Source of the DNA: Spirochaetia bacterium
GTDB lineage: Bacteria; Spirochaetota; Spirochaetia; SZUA-6; Bin103
NCBI GenBank assembly: GCA_965203055.1
Contig: OZ241863.1
Location: forward strand, 1,088,001 to 1,152,000
Length of the DNA: 64,000 bases
Direction of reading: 5' to 3'
The position numbers and the translations under genes are program-made. Each line of letters opens with the position of its first letter. Position 1 is the stretch's first letter. Below the pieces are notes generated by a model. The model did no database searches. It had not been told where the DNA came from and worked only from the letters and a program-made list of their open reading frames with translations. This document shows positions 12,127 to 20,745 of this stretch, piece by piece.

Positions 12127-13337
12127 CGGGCGCCCCCGGCCGCTTCGTCCGCGGCGCGGGCGGCGCTTGCCGGGCGCGGCGGCGGAGGCCGGCGCCAGGC
12201 GCGCCAGGCGCGCAGCGACAGGCCGCGCGGCGGGCGCCCGCCGAGGATGCGGAGCTGGTCGCCGCAGCCGAGGCGCAGGCGGTAGAAGCGCCGGATGGTG
12301 GCCTCGGGCAGGCGGTAGAAGCGGCTGAAGACGGCGCGCCGCGCAGCGCCCTGGTAGCCCTGGAACAGCAACCGGTTGAGCAGGCAGCAAAAGCGCTGCC
12401 GCCGCCGCAGCCGGCGCCGCGCGCCGGCCGCGGCGGCGGCGAGGGCCGCCGGCGGGTGGGCCGCCACCAGCTCCGCCAACTCCGCGGCCAGCGGCAGCGA
12501 GTAGCCGGTAGCGGGATGGAACCAGCCGCCGCGGTAGCCGCCGGGCAGCACGCCGGCGGCGGGCGGCGGCAGGGGCGGCGGGCGCAGGGGCATCGGCAAC
12601 ACTCCGCGTTCGGTGCGGTGGACCTGCTCGGCGCGCCAGCCGCGGCGCTGCAGCCAGGCGGCGATGCCGAGGCGCCGCTGCTCCTCGTCGAGGTCCGGCC
12701 CGTCGGAGAAGGTGGTGTCCTCCAACAGGGCGCGGCGCGGCCCGAGCGGCAGCACGTACATGAAGCGGAACCCGTCATGTTGGGGCACGGTGGCGTCCAT
12801 CACGATGGGCCGGGTCAGGCCGTGCGGCGCGCGCAGGGTGAGCTCCTGGCCGTAGAACTTCTGATAGCCGCAGTCGCTTCCGGGCGGGTGCCCGCCGCGC
12901 GCGTCGATCACCATGCGGGCGCGCAGCCGGCGCCCGCCGGCCAGGTGCAGCGTGGCCGCGCTCAGGCGCTCGACCGCGGTTCGCTCGCACAGCAGCGCGC
13001 CGCCGCGGGCGGCCAGCAGCGCGCGCACCGCGCGCCGCAGGCGCAGGCTGGAGATCATGTAGTAGGGAGTGTCCAGGCGCCGCCGGTAGCCGGGAAAGCG
13101 CACCTCGTAGGAGCTCCAGCTCCGGGTCACGAACGGCGCCACCCGCCGCTGCATGGCCGGCGACAGATCCCCGCCGAAGAAGCACCAGGTGTGGTTGCCG
13201 CCGATCGCCCCGCGCTCCACCAGGGCGACGCGCCGCCAGGCGGGCGCCGGCCGCGGCGCCCCGACCGGCTGCAGCGCGGCCACGATGAGCGCGTTCTGCA
13301 GCCCGCCGCCGCACAGCGCCAGGTCGACCGCGGTCAT
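12123..13337 (-). CDS. crtY: Lycopene beta-cyclase, CrtY type
   Basis: GGGLQNALI, GGNHTWCF, GYQKFYG, MDATVPQHDGFRFMYVLP, FHPATGYSLP. Confidence 0.92.
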
Positions 13338-13465
13338 GGCCGGCGCGCCGGCACGGCGCCGATCGCCTGGCGCAGGAACTGTTCCACCGCGCGGCGGTCG
13401 CGGCGCGCGCAGGAATCGGCCGCGGCCGGCGCCGGCGGGCTGACGGTCGTCGGCAACCGCGTCAC
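13334..13465 (-). pseudogene. 43-aa ORF coupled to crtY; possible internally deleted crtE remnant
   Basis: GTG 13465 to TGA overlapping crtY ATG; RRAVEQFLRQAI resembles prenyltransferase N-termini. Confidence 0.3.
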
Positions 13466-13475
13466 TCAGCCGGCG

Positions 13476-14750
13476 TCAGCGATGCAGGGCATACACGCGG
13501 TAGCCGTCCTCGCGGATTCGCTCCAGGTAGAAGGAGTCGGGTGGAATCCCTCCCACCGCGTCGCGGCTCAGCGCCGCGTAGCCGTCCCCGGCGCGGTCGC
13601 CGGCCACCCAGCGATCGTAGTCGTCCGAGCGCGCGTCCTGGGTGTGGTTGAGGGCGGAGTCCATGTCCCAGCGGCGAATGATCTCCGGCGCGCGCGGCGC
13701 CACCCGCCCCCCCAGGGCTACCGCGGTGTTGCCCGATCCGTACGACAGCAGCAGCAGGCGCTCGCCGACCATCCGCTCGCCGCGCTGCTGGCAGCGCCGG
13801 TTCAGCAGCGAGGCCAGCCCGAGGAACATGGAACCGGAATAGAGGTTGCCGACGATCGCCGCGGGGGCGATCGAGGCCTCGAAGTCGCGCTGCGCCAGGT
13901 AGCGCTGCAGGCTGGCGCCGGACAGCCCCAGGTAGCGGGTTACCAGCGCGCTCATCATCTCCAGGGGGAGATCGTGGTACGGGGCGTGGAAGGCGAACAG
14001 ATCGGTCTGTTGCAGCGTCTCCGCCGGCGTCTGGCGGGTACGCCGGCAGTGATCGAGGAACGCGTCCTCGATCGTCTCCTTGTAGCAATTTACGGAAAAG
14101 GCGCCGCGCACCCGCGGGGTCGCGGCCCCGACCGGGCGAAAGAAATCATCGACGTCCCGCGAGGCGTAGCCGGCGCCGGCCAGTTCCAGTTCCACCAGAC
14201 CGCAGCCGCGCTCGGCGATCATCGCCACGGCGCCGGCGCCCTGGGTGATCTCGGCGCTGGTGCCGGCGTCGTAGCGCGCCACGTCGGTGCAGATGACCAG
14301 ACCGCGGTCGTCGCTGCCGTTGCTCAGGGAGAGCAGCGCGTTGACGCCGAGCAGCGAGTAGGTGCCGCCGGCGCAGGCGTGCTGCGTCTGGAAGGTGGCG
14401 ATCGCTTCCGGGATCGGGAATCCGGCGGCGCGCAGCATGCCGCCGACGTGGGCCGCGATCGGCTTGGCCATGTCGGTGGCCGATTCGGTGCCCACGGCGA
14501 TGTAGCGCAGGCTGGCGATGGCGCTGTGGTTCATGCGCGACAGGAGTTGCATCGCCGCTTGCGCCGCCATGGTGACCGCGTCCTCCCAGAAGTTGGGGAA
14601 GCGCACCGAGATCTGCCCGGTCTTGTGGATGGCGCGGTCCAGGATGCGCTTGATGGTGGGGTTGGAGAGCGAGTAACGCTCCAGCAGACGGCTCAACCGC
14701 ATCAGCAGCTTGGGGATGTAGACGGCCATGTCGCCGATACCAGTAGTCAT
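13476..14750 (-). CDS. mvaS: Hydroxymethylglutaryl-CoA synthase
   Basis: EDAVTMAAQAA, GTESATDMAKP, HACAGGT (catalytic Cys), FHAPY, VGNLYSGS, SYGSG; GGAGG RBS. Confidence 0.9.
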   Translation of the reverse strand: MTTGIGDMAVYIPKLLMRLSRLLERYSLSNPTIKRILDRAIHKTGQISVRFPNFWEDAVTMAAQAAMQLLSRMNHSAIASLRYIAVGTESATDMAKPIAAHVGGMLRAAGFPIPEAIATFQTQHACAGGTYSLLGVNALLSLSNGSDDRGLVICTDVARYDAGTSAEITQGAGAVAMIAERGCGLVELELAGAGYASRDVDDFFRPVGAATPRVRGAFSVNCYKETIEDAFLDHCRRTRQTPAETLQQTDLFAFHAPYHDLPLEMMSALVTRYLGLSGASLQRYLAQRDFEASIAPAAIVGNLYSGSMFLGLASLLNRRCQQRGERMVGERLLLLSYGSGNTAVALGGRVAPRAPEIIRRWDMDSALNHTQDARSDDYDRWVAGDRAGDGYAALSRDAVGGIPPDSFYLERIREDGYRVYALHR

Positions 14751-14919
14751 GTTCGCATCCTCCAGGTGCGCCGGCTCCGCTGCGAGGTTGTCGCCGGAAG
14801 CCGCATGCCGAGCCGGGCGCAGGCCCGCCAAGGTCCGCAACCGCCCGCCTGCCGCGCCGTTGGTCAGCGCGGCGTGCGGGCGCATCCTACTAGGAAGCTC
14901 GCGCGCTGTGGAGCGATCG

Positions 14920-14941
14920 TCAAGTATTGGGGTATACTTGA
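14920..14941. promoter_or_regulatory. Inverted repeat TCAAGTAT-N6-ATACTTGA, candidate operator
   Basis: Perfect 8-bp arms, AT-rich, between divergent mvaS-crt operon and TIGR01777 gene; overlaps a TATACT hexamer. Confidence 0.45.
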
Positions 14942-15086
14942 TTGGGTCATCCGGGAACTCCGTGGCAGGGTCGAAGACGGGCCGGCGCCGCCAGGGAACG
15001 AGATTAGCGGAGTTTGCGGAGACTGGGAAGGCGGCGGCCATGGGCTTGATTCGTCGGGGCAGGGCAGCGGCAAGCGGGGGAGCGGG

Positions 15087-15992
15087 ATGAGAATCGTGCT
15101 GACCGGGGGTACCGGCCTGATCGGAACCCATCTGGTGCGGGAGCTGGGCGTCGGCGGCGCGGCGCACGAGCTGGTGGTGCTGACCCGTGATCCGGGACGG
15201 GCGCCGGCGGGGGTCCGGGCGGTCGCCTGGCAGCCGCTGCAGGGGCCGCCGCCGGCGGAGGCGCTGCGCGGCGCCGACGCCGTGATCCACCTGGCGGGGG
15301 AACCGATCGCCGCCGGGCGCTGGAACGCCGCGCGGCGGGCGCGCATCGAGGCCAGCCGCTGGACCGGCACCGCCAATCTGGTGCGCGGGCTGGCGGCGGC
15401 CGAGCCGCGGCCTGGGGTGCTGCTGGCCGGCTCCGCGGTGGGCTACTACGGCGACCGCGGCGACGAACCGCTGGCGGAGGACGCGGCGCCCGGTTCCGGC
15501 TACCTGGCGGCGGTGACCGAGCGCTGGGAACGGGAGGCGGCGGGCGCGGAGAAGCTGGGAGTCCGCGTCGTGTACCTGCGCACCGGGGTGGTGCTGGCGC
15601 GCGAAGGCGGCGCGTTGCCGCGCATGGCCGCGCCGTTCCGCGCCGGCGCCGGCGGCCGCCTGGGCAGCGGCCGCCAATGGATGCCGTGGGCGCACGTCGC
15701 CGACGTGGTCGGCCTGATCGGTCTGTCGCTCGCCGCCGACCGCCTGCGCGGTCCGCTCAACCTGGTGGCTCCCGGCGCGGCGACCAACGCCGAACTGACC
15801 CGCGCGCTGGCGCGGACGCTGCGGCGGCCGGCGTTCATGGTGGTGCCGCGGTTCGTCTTGCGGCTGCTGTTCGGGGCGATGAGCGACACCCTGCTGGCGT
15901 CGCAACGGGTCGTTCCCGCGGCGGCCGAGCAGGCCGGCTACCGGTTCTGCTACCCGCGGCTGGAGGAAGCGCTGGCCGACCTGCTGGGCTGA
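15087..15992 (+). CDS. TIGR01777 family NAD-dependent epimerase (YfcH-like)
   Basis: MRIVLTGGTGLIG, IHLAGEPIA, SAVGYYG, GSGRQWMPW, LLASQRVVP. Confidence 0.92.
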   Translation: MRIVLTGGTGLIGTHLVRELGVGGAAHELVVLTRDPGRAPAGVRAVAWQPLQGPPPAEALRGADAVIHLAGEPIAAGRWNAARRARIEASRWTGTANLVRGLAAAEPRPGVLLAGSAVGYYGDRGDEPLAEDAAPGSGYLAAVTERWEREAAGAEKLGVRVVYLRTGVVLAREGGALPRMAAPFRAGAGGRLGSGRQWMPWAHVADVVGLIGLSLAADRLRGPLNLVAPGAATNAELTRALARTLRRPAFMVVPRFVLRLLFGAMSDTLLASQRVVPAAAEQAGYRFCYPRLEEALADLLG

Positions 15993-15993
15993 C

Positions 15994-16083
15994 CGGACTG
16001 CCGGCGCCGGAGCGCCCGGAGCGAGTCCGTCAGTCCACCGCCGGCGACTTGGTCAGTTGGCGTATCGCCCGCTTGGCGGCGGC
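15994..16083. repeat. Degenerate partial duplicate of the SDR gene 3' region
   Basis: 15994-16033 resembles 17784-17826; 16031-16083 matches 18061-18113 at 50/53. Confidence 0.8.
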
Positions 16084-17672
16084 CCCGCCGGCGCCTGATC
16101 GGCTCTCTGAACCAGAAGCTGCTTGCCCGCCAGGGTTTGGCGCGCCCAATGCAGGTTCTGGTATTGATCGTTGCCGCTCTCCACCAGATTGGCCCTGCCG
16201 GTCGCGCGGGTATTGCCAGCGCCGGTGGGCGGCCTCGAAAAGGATACCCTCGGGGCAGACGTATAGCCGCTCCCGCCGTCGGTGACCCTCACTGACGTAA
16301 CCCAGGATTGAATCACCGCGGTGCCGGCGGCCGTGGTGCCGCCGCTTGGCGCCGCCGAAAAGGTCACGGTCGGGGCCCCCGAGGTATAGCCGCTCCCTCC
16401 GTCCGTGATCGTCACCGACGCTACGCCGTAGCGCATTTCCACGGTACCGGTTGCCGCGGTGCCGTCGTGCGGCGCTTGAAACCATATGGTTGGGGTGGCG
16501 GTGTAACCACTCCCCGGGTTGTCGATCGTCACCGACGCTACGCCGCTTTGCACCACCGCGGTGCCTCGTGCCGTCTGAGATTGGATCGGCGCGGCCGAAA
16601 ACGCTATGAGTGGGACACCAGTGTAGCCGCTCCCGTGGGCCGTCATCGTCACGTCCACTACTCTGCCGTTTAGCAGTATCGCGGTGGCGGCCGCGCCGCT
16701 GCCCCCTCCGCCAATAAACGACACGGAAGGGGCGGACGTGTAGCCGCTCCCGGGGTTCGTGATCGTGATTGACTTTACGCCGGTTTGCAGCACCGTCGTG
16801 CCTTGCGCGCCGGTGTTCCCGTATGGCAGGATGGCCCACGCCGCTGCTTGCGGAAAATGCACCGCAGGGGCGTCAACGACAAGCTGGCCCGGGTTGCCGG
16901 GCGAGGGCCACCTGTAGCCGCTCCCGGGGTTCGTAATTGTCAAGGAATGGACTGTGCCTTTCCCCACCGCGGCGCCGGTCGCCGTGGTGCCCGACGGCGG
17001 TGGCCCAAGCGTCACGGTGGGAACCGCCGTGTAGCCACTCCCCTCGGTCGTAATCGTCACCGAATCGACGCTGGAGCCCTTTACCGCGGTGCCGTATGCC
17101 CTGGTGCCGCGGCCCCCCGGCGGCCCCGCAAAGCTCACGGTCGGGTCCGCCGCGTAGCCGCTCCCCGGGCTCGTGATCGTTACCGACTCAACCGTGTCGC
17201 CGACGACCACCTGATCCGGGGCGGTGAGCACCAGCGCCACTGCGCCTGCCCGGACCTCGGCGGCAACCGTCCACTCCGCGCCGGTGAGGTCGTTCTCGAA
17301 GACCGGCGCGGTCGCCTTGCTCGTGAACGGCAGCTCGTGGCCGCCGATCGACACGGTCACCTTCTCGCCCTCGGCGCCGGTGATCCCGTCCCAGGCAAAC
17401 GGCGCGGAACGGCTGGACACGGCGCCCGTCAGGTCCGTTTCATCGTCACCAAAGTCAGCCGCGCCGATCGTCCAGTTGTTCTCTGCCGGCGCTGCCGGCG
17501 GCGGAGCCGGGGCGGTCGGTGTCCCGTCGCCGCCGCCGGTCCCTCCGTTTCCTGCGCCCGCACCGCCGGGGCCGGTAGTTGCCGGCGGCCGTGCCGCTTG
17601 CGGGCACGCCAGCAGGACGATGCCGGCGACCATCAACAGCGATACCAGCGATACCAGCGATGCTCTACCCAA
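16053..17672 (-). CDS. Putative lipoprotein with eight ~40-aa VxSVTIxxPGSGY repeats
   Basis: TTG after GGAGG; hydrophobic leader ending LLAC; Gly/Pro linker; eight GSGY repeats. Confidence 0.75.
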   Translation of the reverse strand: MGRASLVSLVSLLMVAGIVLLACPQAARPPATTGPGGAGAGNGGTGGGDGTPTAPAPPPAAPAENNWTIGAADFGDDETDLTGAVSSRSAPFAWDGITGAEGEKVTVSIGGHELPFTSKATAPVFENDLTGAEWTVAAEVRAGAVALVLTAPDQVVVGDTVESVTITSPGSGYAADPTVSFAGPPGGRGTRAYGTAVKGSSVDSVTITTEGSGYTAVPTVTLGPPPSGTTATGAAVGKGTVHSLTITNPGSGYRWPSPGNPGQLVVDAPAVHFPQAAAWAILPYGNTGAQGTTVLQTGVKSITITNPGSGYTSAPSVSFIGGGGSGAAATAILLNGRVVDVTMTAHGSGYTGVPLIAFSAAPIQSQTARGTAVVQSGVASVTIDNPGSGYTATPTIWFQAPHDGTAATGTVEMRYGVASVTITDGGSGYTSGAPTVTFSAAPSGGTTAAGTAVIQSWVTSVRVTDGGSGYTSAPRVSFSRPPTGAGNTRATGRANLVESGNDQYQNLHWARQTLAGKQLLVQRADQAPAGPPPSGRYAN

Positions 17673-17822
17673 AGCTTCTCCTCCGTGGCGTGTCCGCCGT
17701 CGATCGCGCCGGCCGCTGCCGGCGGTTCGCCGACGTGCCGGGCCGCGGGCATGGTAGCACGCGCTCCCCAACGCTGACCACCTCGGACTGCGGGAAACGC
17801 CGGAACGCCCGGAGCGAGTCCG

Positions 17823-18614
17823 TCAGAAGGAGCTCAGCCAGCCGCCGTCCACGTACAGGATCTGGCCGGTGACGTAATCGGCGGCCGGCGCGGCGAAAAA
17901 CACCGCCGCGGCGCCGATGTCGGCCGGCGCGCCCCAGGCGCCGAGCGGCGCGCGGCGGCGCACCCAGGCGTCGAACTCCGCATCCTCCCACAGCGGGCGG
18001 GTCAGGTCGGTCTTGACGTAGCCGGGGCCGATGGCGTTCACGTTGATGCGGTACTTGGCCCAGTCCACCGCCAGCGACTTGGTCAGTTGGCGTATCGCCC
18101 CCTTGGTGGCGGCGTAGGGGGCGTTGTCGGCGCGCACCTGCTCGCTCATCAGCGAGGCGATGTTGATGATCTTGGCGGCCGGCGCAGCCGGCGCGGCGCG
18201 CTCCGCCTGCGCGATGCGGTCGCGCCCGAACGCCTGGCACAGGCGGAACACCGCGGTGAGGTTGAGGCCCACCACGAAGTCCCAGTCGGCGGGGGAGATG
18301 CGTTCGGCCGGCGCGCGCCGGGTGTGGCCGGCGTTGTTCACCAGAATGTCCACCGGCCCGCCGGCGCGCACCTGCCGGTACAGATCTTCGATGCCGTCCA
18401 GGTCGGTCAGATCGCAGGGGTATTCCTCCGCCTGGCCGCCGCGCGCGGTGATCTGCGCGCGCGCCGCGGCCAGCGAGTCGCGGTCGCGGCTGACCAGCGC
18501 CACCGCGGCGCCGGCATCGGCCAGCGCCAGCGCCACCCCCAGACCGATGCCGCGGCTGCCCCCCGTCACCAGCGCCCGCCGCCCGGCGAGCGAGAACGGA
18601 TTCGCTGCCGTCAT
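17823..18614 (-). CDS. Short-chain dehydrogenase (KduD/gluconate 5-dehydrogenase-like)
   Basis: ALVTGGSRGIG, ILVNNAG, YAATK, VNAIGPGY, YVTGQILYVDGG. Confidence 0.9.
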   Translation of the reverse strand: MTAANPFSLAGRRALVTGGSRGIGLGVALALADAGAAVALVSRDRDSLAAARAQITARGGQAEEYPCDLTDLDGIEDLYRQVRAGGPVDILVNNAGHTRRAPAERISPADWDFVVGLNLTAVFRLCQAFGRDRIAQAERAAPAAPAAKIINIASLMSEQVRADNAPYAATKGAIRQLTKSLAVDWAKYRINVNAIGPGYVKTDLTRPLWEDAEFDAWVRRRAPLGAWGAPADIGAAAVFFAAPAADYVTGQILYVDGGWLSSF

Positions 18615-18777
18615 TGGCGGTCGCCCCCGTGCCGGCGGCCCCCGTTCAGCCGCCGGAACTGCGCCGCCATCGCTTGCCCCCTCATCGCCGTCCTCCCTGG
18701 TCCGGCACCCGCTACGCTGCCGGCTCCCCCCGGAGCCAACCAGCAAACGACCGCTTCCGTCAACGCCGCCTGCCGCG

Positions 18778-18844
18778 GGGCGCATTTCCAAAATGTGTGT
18801 AGGTAAGCGACAGGCCGCTTGGCGGCCAAGCCCCAGTCCCAGTG
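18778..18844. repeat. Conserved non-coding segment 3' of HNH gene (copy 1; copy 2 at ~50902-50964)
   Basis: Shared TTCCAAAATGT..AGGTAAGCG.CAGGCCGCTTGGCGGCCAAGCCC; includes GGCCGC-TTG-GCGGCC hairpin. Confidence 0.75.
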
Positions 18845-18872
18845 GCAGATGACGTTTCTCGGCGATCTTGAA

Positions 18873-20237
18873 TCACTGGTCTACCGGCGCCTGACGATCC
18901 TCGCCGGGGCGCCCGAATCGGGCGCCGGCGTGGCGGTAGCGATGATGGGCGGCGCACAGCAGGCGGAGATTGTTCGGCTCGGCGGCGCCGCCGAGGGCAT
19001 ACGGCACGACGTGATCGATCTGCAGCAGGTGTTGGGAGCCGCAGCGGCGCCCGCTGGTGCGGTCCACGTAGCGGCAGCGGCCCCGGTCGCGCCGCCACAC
19101 CTCGCGCTTGACCGCCGCCGGGATGGCGCGGCCGGTCGCGCTGCCCGTCTTCGCTGCCGAAGTCCGGGTCCGCAGCGGCGCAGCCGGCTGCGCGCACGCC
19201 GCAGCCGGCCGGTCGAGGCGCAGTGTCTTCGTCTTCGGCGCCGAAGTGGTGTCGGTCGCCGGCTTCGTCGCCGAAGTGACCGAGCGGTCAGCGGCTTCGT
19301 CTCCCGGCTCCGCCGGCGCCTGAGCCGATACCTTCGCCGCCGAAGGAGCGGCGCTGTCCGCGCCGGCCTCCTGCTTCGCTACCGGGGCGGCGCCGCAAGC
19401 CGAGGCCGCCTGCGTCTTCGCCGCCGAAGTTTGCTCGGCGCCTTTGGCCGGCGCGGCGCGCCGCCCGCGCGGCGGCCGGGCCGGGTCGTGGCGGTCGAGT
19501 CCTTCCCGCACCAGCCGCCCCATGAGCTGCCCCAACGTCATGTGCGGGTCGACGTGGGCCAGGAGGCCCTTGAGCCGCTCCAGGCCACGCCGGCACTCAT
19601 CGTCGATCACCGCCTTGAGTTCCCAGCGCCCTCCGCCCAGGGGCCGCACCCGATCCGCCGACGCCGCCAGCTCCGGGTCCACCTCGGCCAGCATCTGCAT
19701 CACCTCCCGGCTGCTCTTGCCGGACGCCTGCTCCACCAGCTCCCGCCGCGCCTCCGAGTCCAGCACCGGCACCGGGTCCAGCACCGGCGCCGGCTTCCGC
19801 TCCGGCGCCGAGCCCTCCTGCGACTGAGCGGCAGCCCCGCACCCGGCCCCGCCCGGCGCGCTACGCGCCGCCCGCTCCTTCCTGCGCTCCTGCCGGTCGA
19901 AGGCATGCTGCAACTGCGCGGCCGCGTTCAGCGTCATCGAGCCATCCTGCAGGCGCTCGCGCACGCCGTCGACGTCAGCGCAGAGGCGCATCGCCTTGAT
20001 GCGCCGCCACGCTGCGGCGTCGCTGTAACCCAGTTCGCGCACCGCGTAATCGAACAGGCTCGAGAACCCGCGCCGCAGGTACAGGCGGCGCTTCTGAATC
20101 TCGCGCAGGTGGTCGATCACGACCACTTCGAGATGGTGTTCGATGCCGGACAGTACCTTGGTCCGCTCTAGCAGGCGGTCGTCTGAGAGGGCGGAAACGG
20201 TAGTGGTGACGGCCCCGTCGGAAGCATGATTGTTCAT
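18873..20237 (-). CDS. HNH endonuclease-domain protein with DUF222-like helical N-terminus
   Basis: C-terminal RAIPAAVKREVWRRDRGRC..C..QIDHVVP..GG..NLRLLCAAHH; N-terminal RGFSSLFDYAVRELGYS. Confidence 0.85.
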   Translation of the reverse strand: MNNHASDGAVTTTVSALSDDRLLERTKVLSGIEHHLEVVVIDHLREIQKRRLYLRRGFSSLFDYAVRELGYSDAAAWRRIKAMRLCADVDGVRERLQDGSMTLNAAAQLQHAFDRQERRKERAARSAPGGAGCGAAAQSQEGSAPERKPAPVLDPVPVLDSEARRELVEQASGKSSREVMQMLAEVDPELAASADRVRPLGGGRWELKAVIDDECRRGLERLKGLLAHVDPHMTLGQLMGRLVREGLDRHDPARPPRGRRAAPAKGAEQTSAAKTQAASACGAAPVAKQEAGADSAAPSAAKVSAQAPAEPGDEAADRSVTSATKPATDTTSAPKTKTLRLDRPAAACAQPAAPLRTRTSAAKTGSATGRAIPAAVKREVWRRDRGRCRYVDRTSGRRCGSQHLLQIDHVVPYALGGAAEPNNLRLLCAAHHRYRHAGARFGRPGEDRQAPVDQ

Positions 20238-20243
20238 GACATA

Positions 20244-20274
20244 AGTATAATCATGGAAACTACTTGAGTCAAGT
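20244..20274 (-). promoter_or_regulatory. Sigma70-type promoter of the HNH gene with palindrome over -35
   Basis: TTGACT-17 bp-TATACT, ATG 6 nt downstream; ACTTGA-G-TCAAGT at 20262-20274. Confidence 0.7.
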
Positions 20275-20399
20275 TATTCGGCCCGGAAGATGGCACCTGC
20301 GGCGTGACTCGGCGGCGCATTCCAAGCGGCTAGACGTTCCGTCAGATGCTACTGCCGAGAATGTGCCGGCGTCGACAGGGCGCGATCTGCCGGGTCCCG

Positions 20400-20554
20400 A
20401 GGGGCCGGCTTCGGTGCCGGCGCGGGCGGCGTTGAGGGCAAGCAGGCGGGCGAGCACTTCGTCGTGGGACTCCGGCGCGGTCCATGGCGGCGTGCAGCGC
20501 GGCGCGGTACTCGTAGTACGCCCTTCCGGCGGCTTCGAGGGCGGGATCGGTCAC
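20400..20554 (-). pseudogene. Fragments of a type IIG/Eco57I-like restriction-methylase C-terminus
   Basis: LEAAGRAYYEYRAAL, LHAAMDRA and (other frame) HDEVLARLLALNAARA adjacent, intervening segments missing. Confidence 0.55.
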
Positions 20555-20617
20555 AAATTGGAAGTGCGCCGCGCCGCGCGCGCACCGCCGGCAGCCCGCA
20601 TGCTATGCTGGCAGGAG

Positions 20618-20743
20618 ATGCTCGAAACGTTGTTCCCGCGGCGCGCGGCGAACGAATTTCACGGCGCTCCGCTCGCCGGCTGGGCGCTGGCGGCCATGAC
20701 GTTGATCATGCTGGTGTTGGCGCTACGCGAGCGGAAGGTCTGA
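20618..20743 (+). CDS. 41-aa single-TM peptide, probably an internally deleted membrane-protein gene
   Basis: MLETLFPRRAANEFHGAPLAGWALAAMTLIMLVLALRERKV; stops 2 nt before DUF499 ATG. Confidence 0.35.
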   Translation: MLETLFPRRAANEFHGAPLAGWALAAMTLIMLVLALRERKV

Positions 20744-20745
20744 GC

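Noticed and set aside
16250..17200. Regularly spaced TAGCCGCTCCC motifs resembling an array
   Set aside because: They encode the GSGY protein repeats
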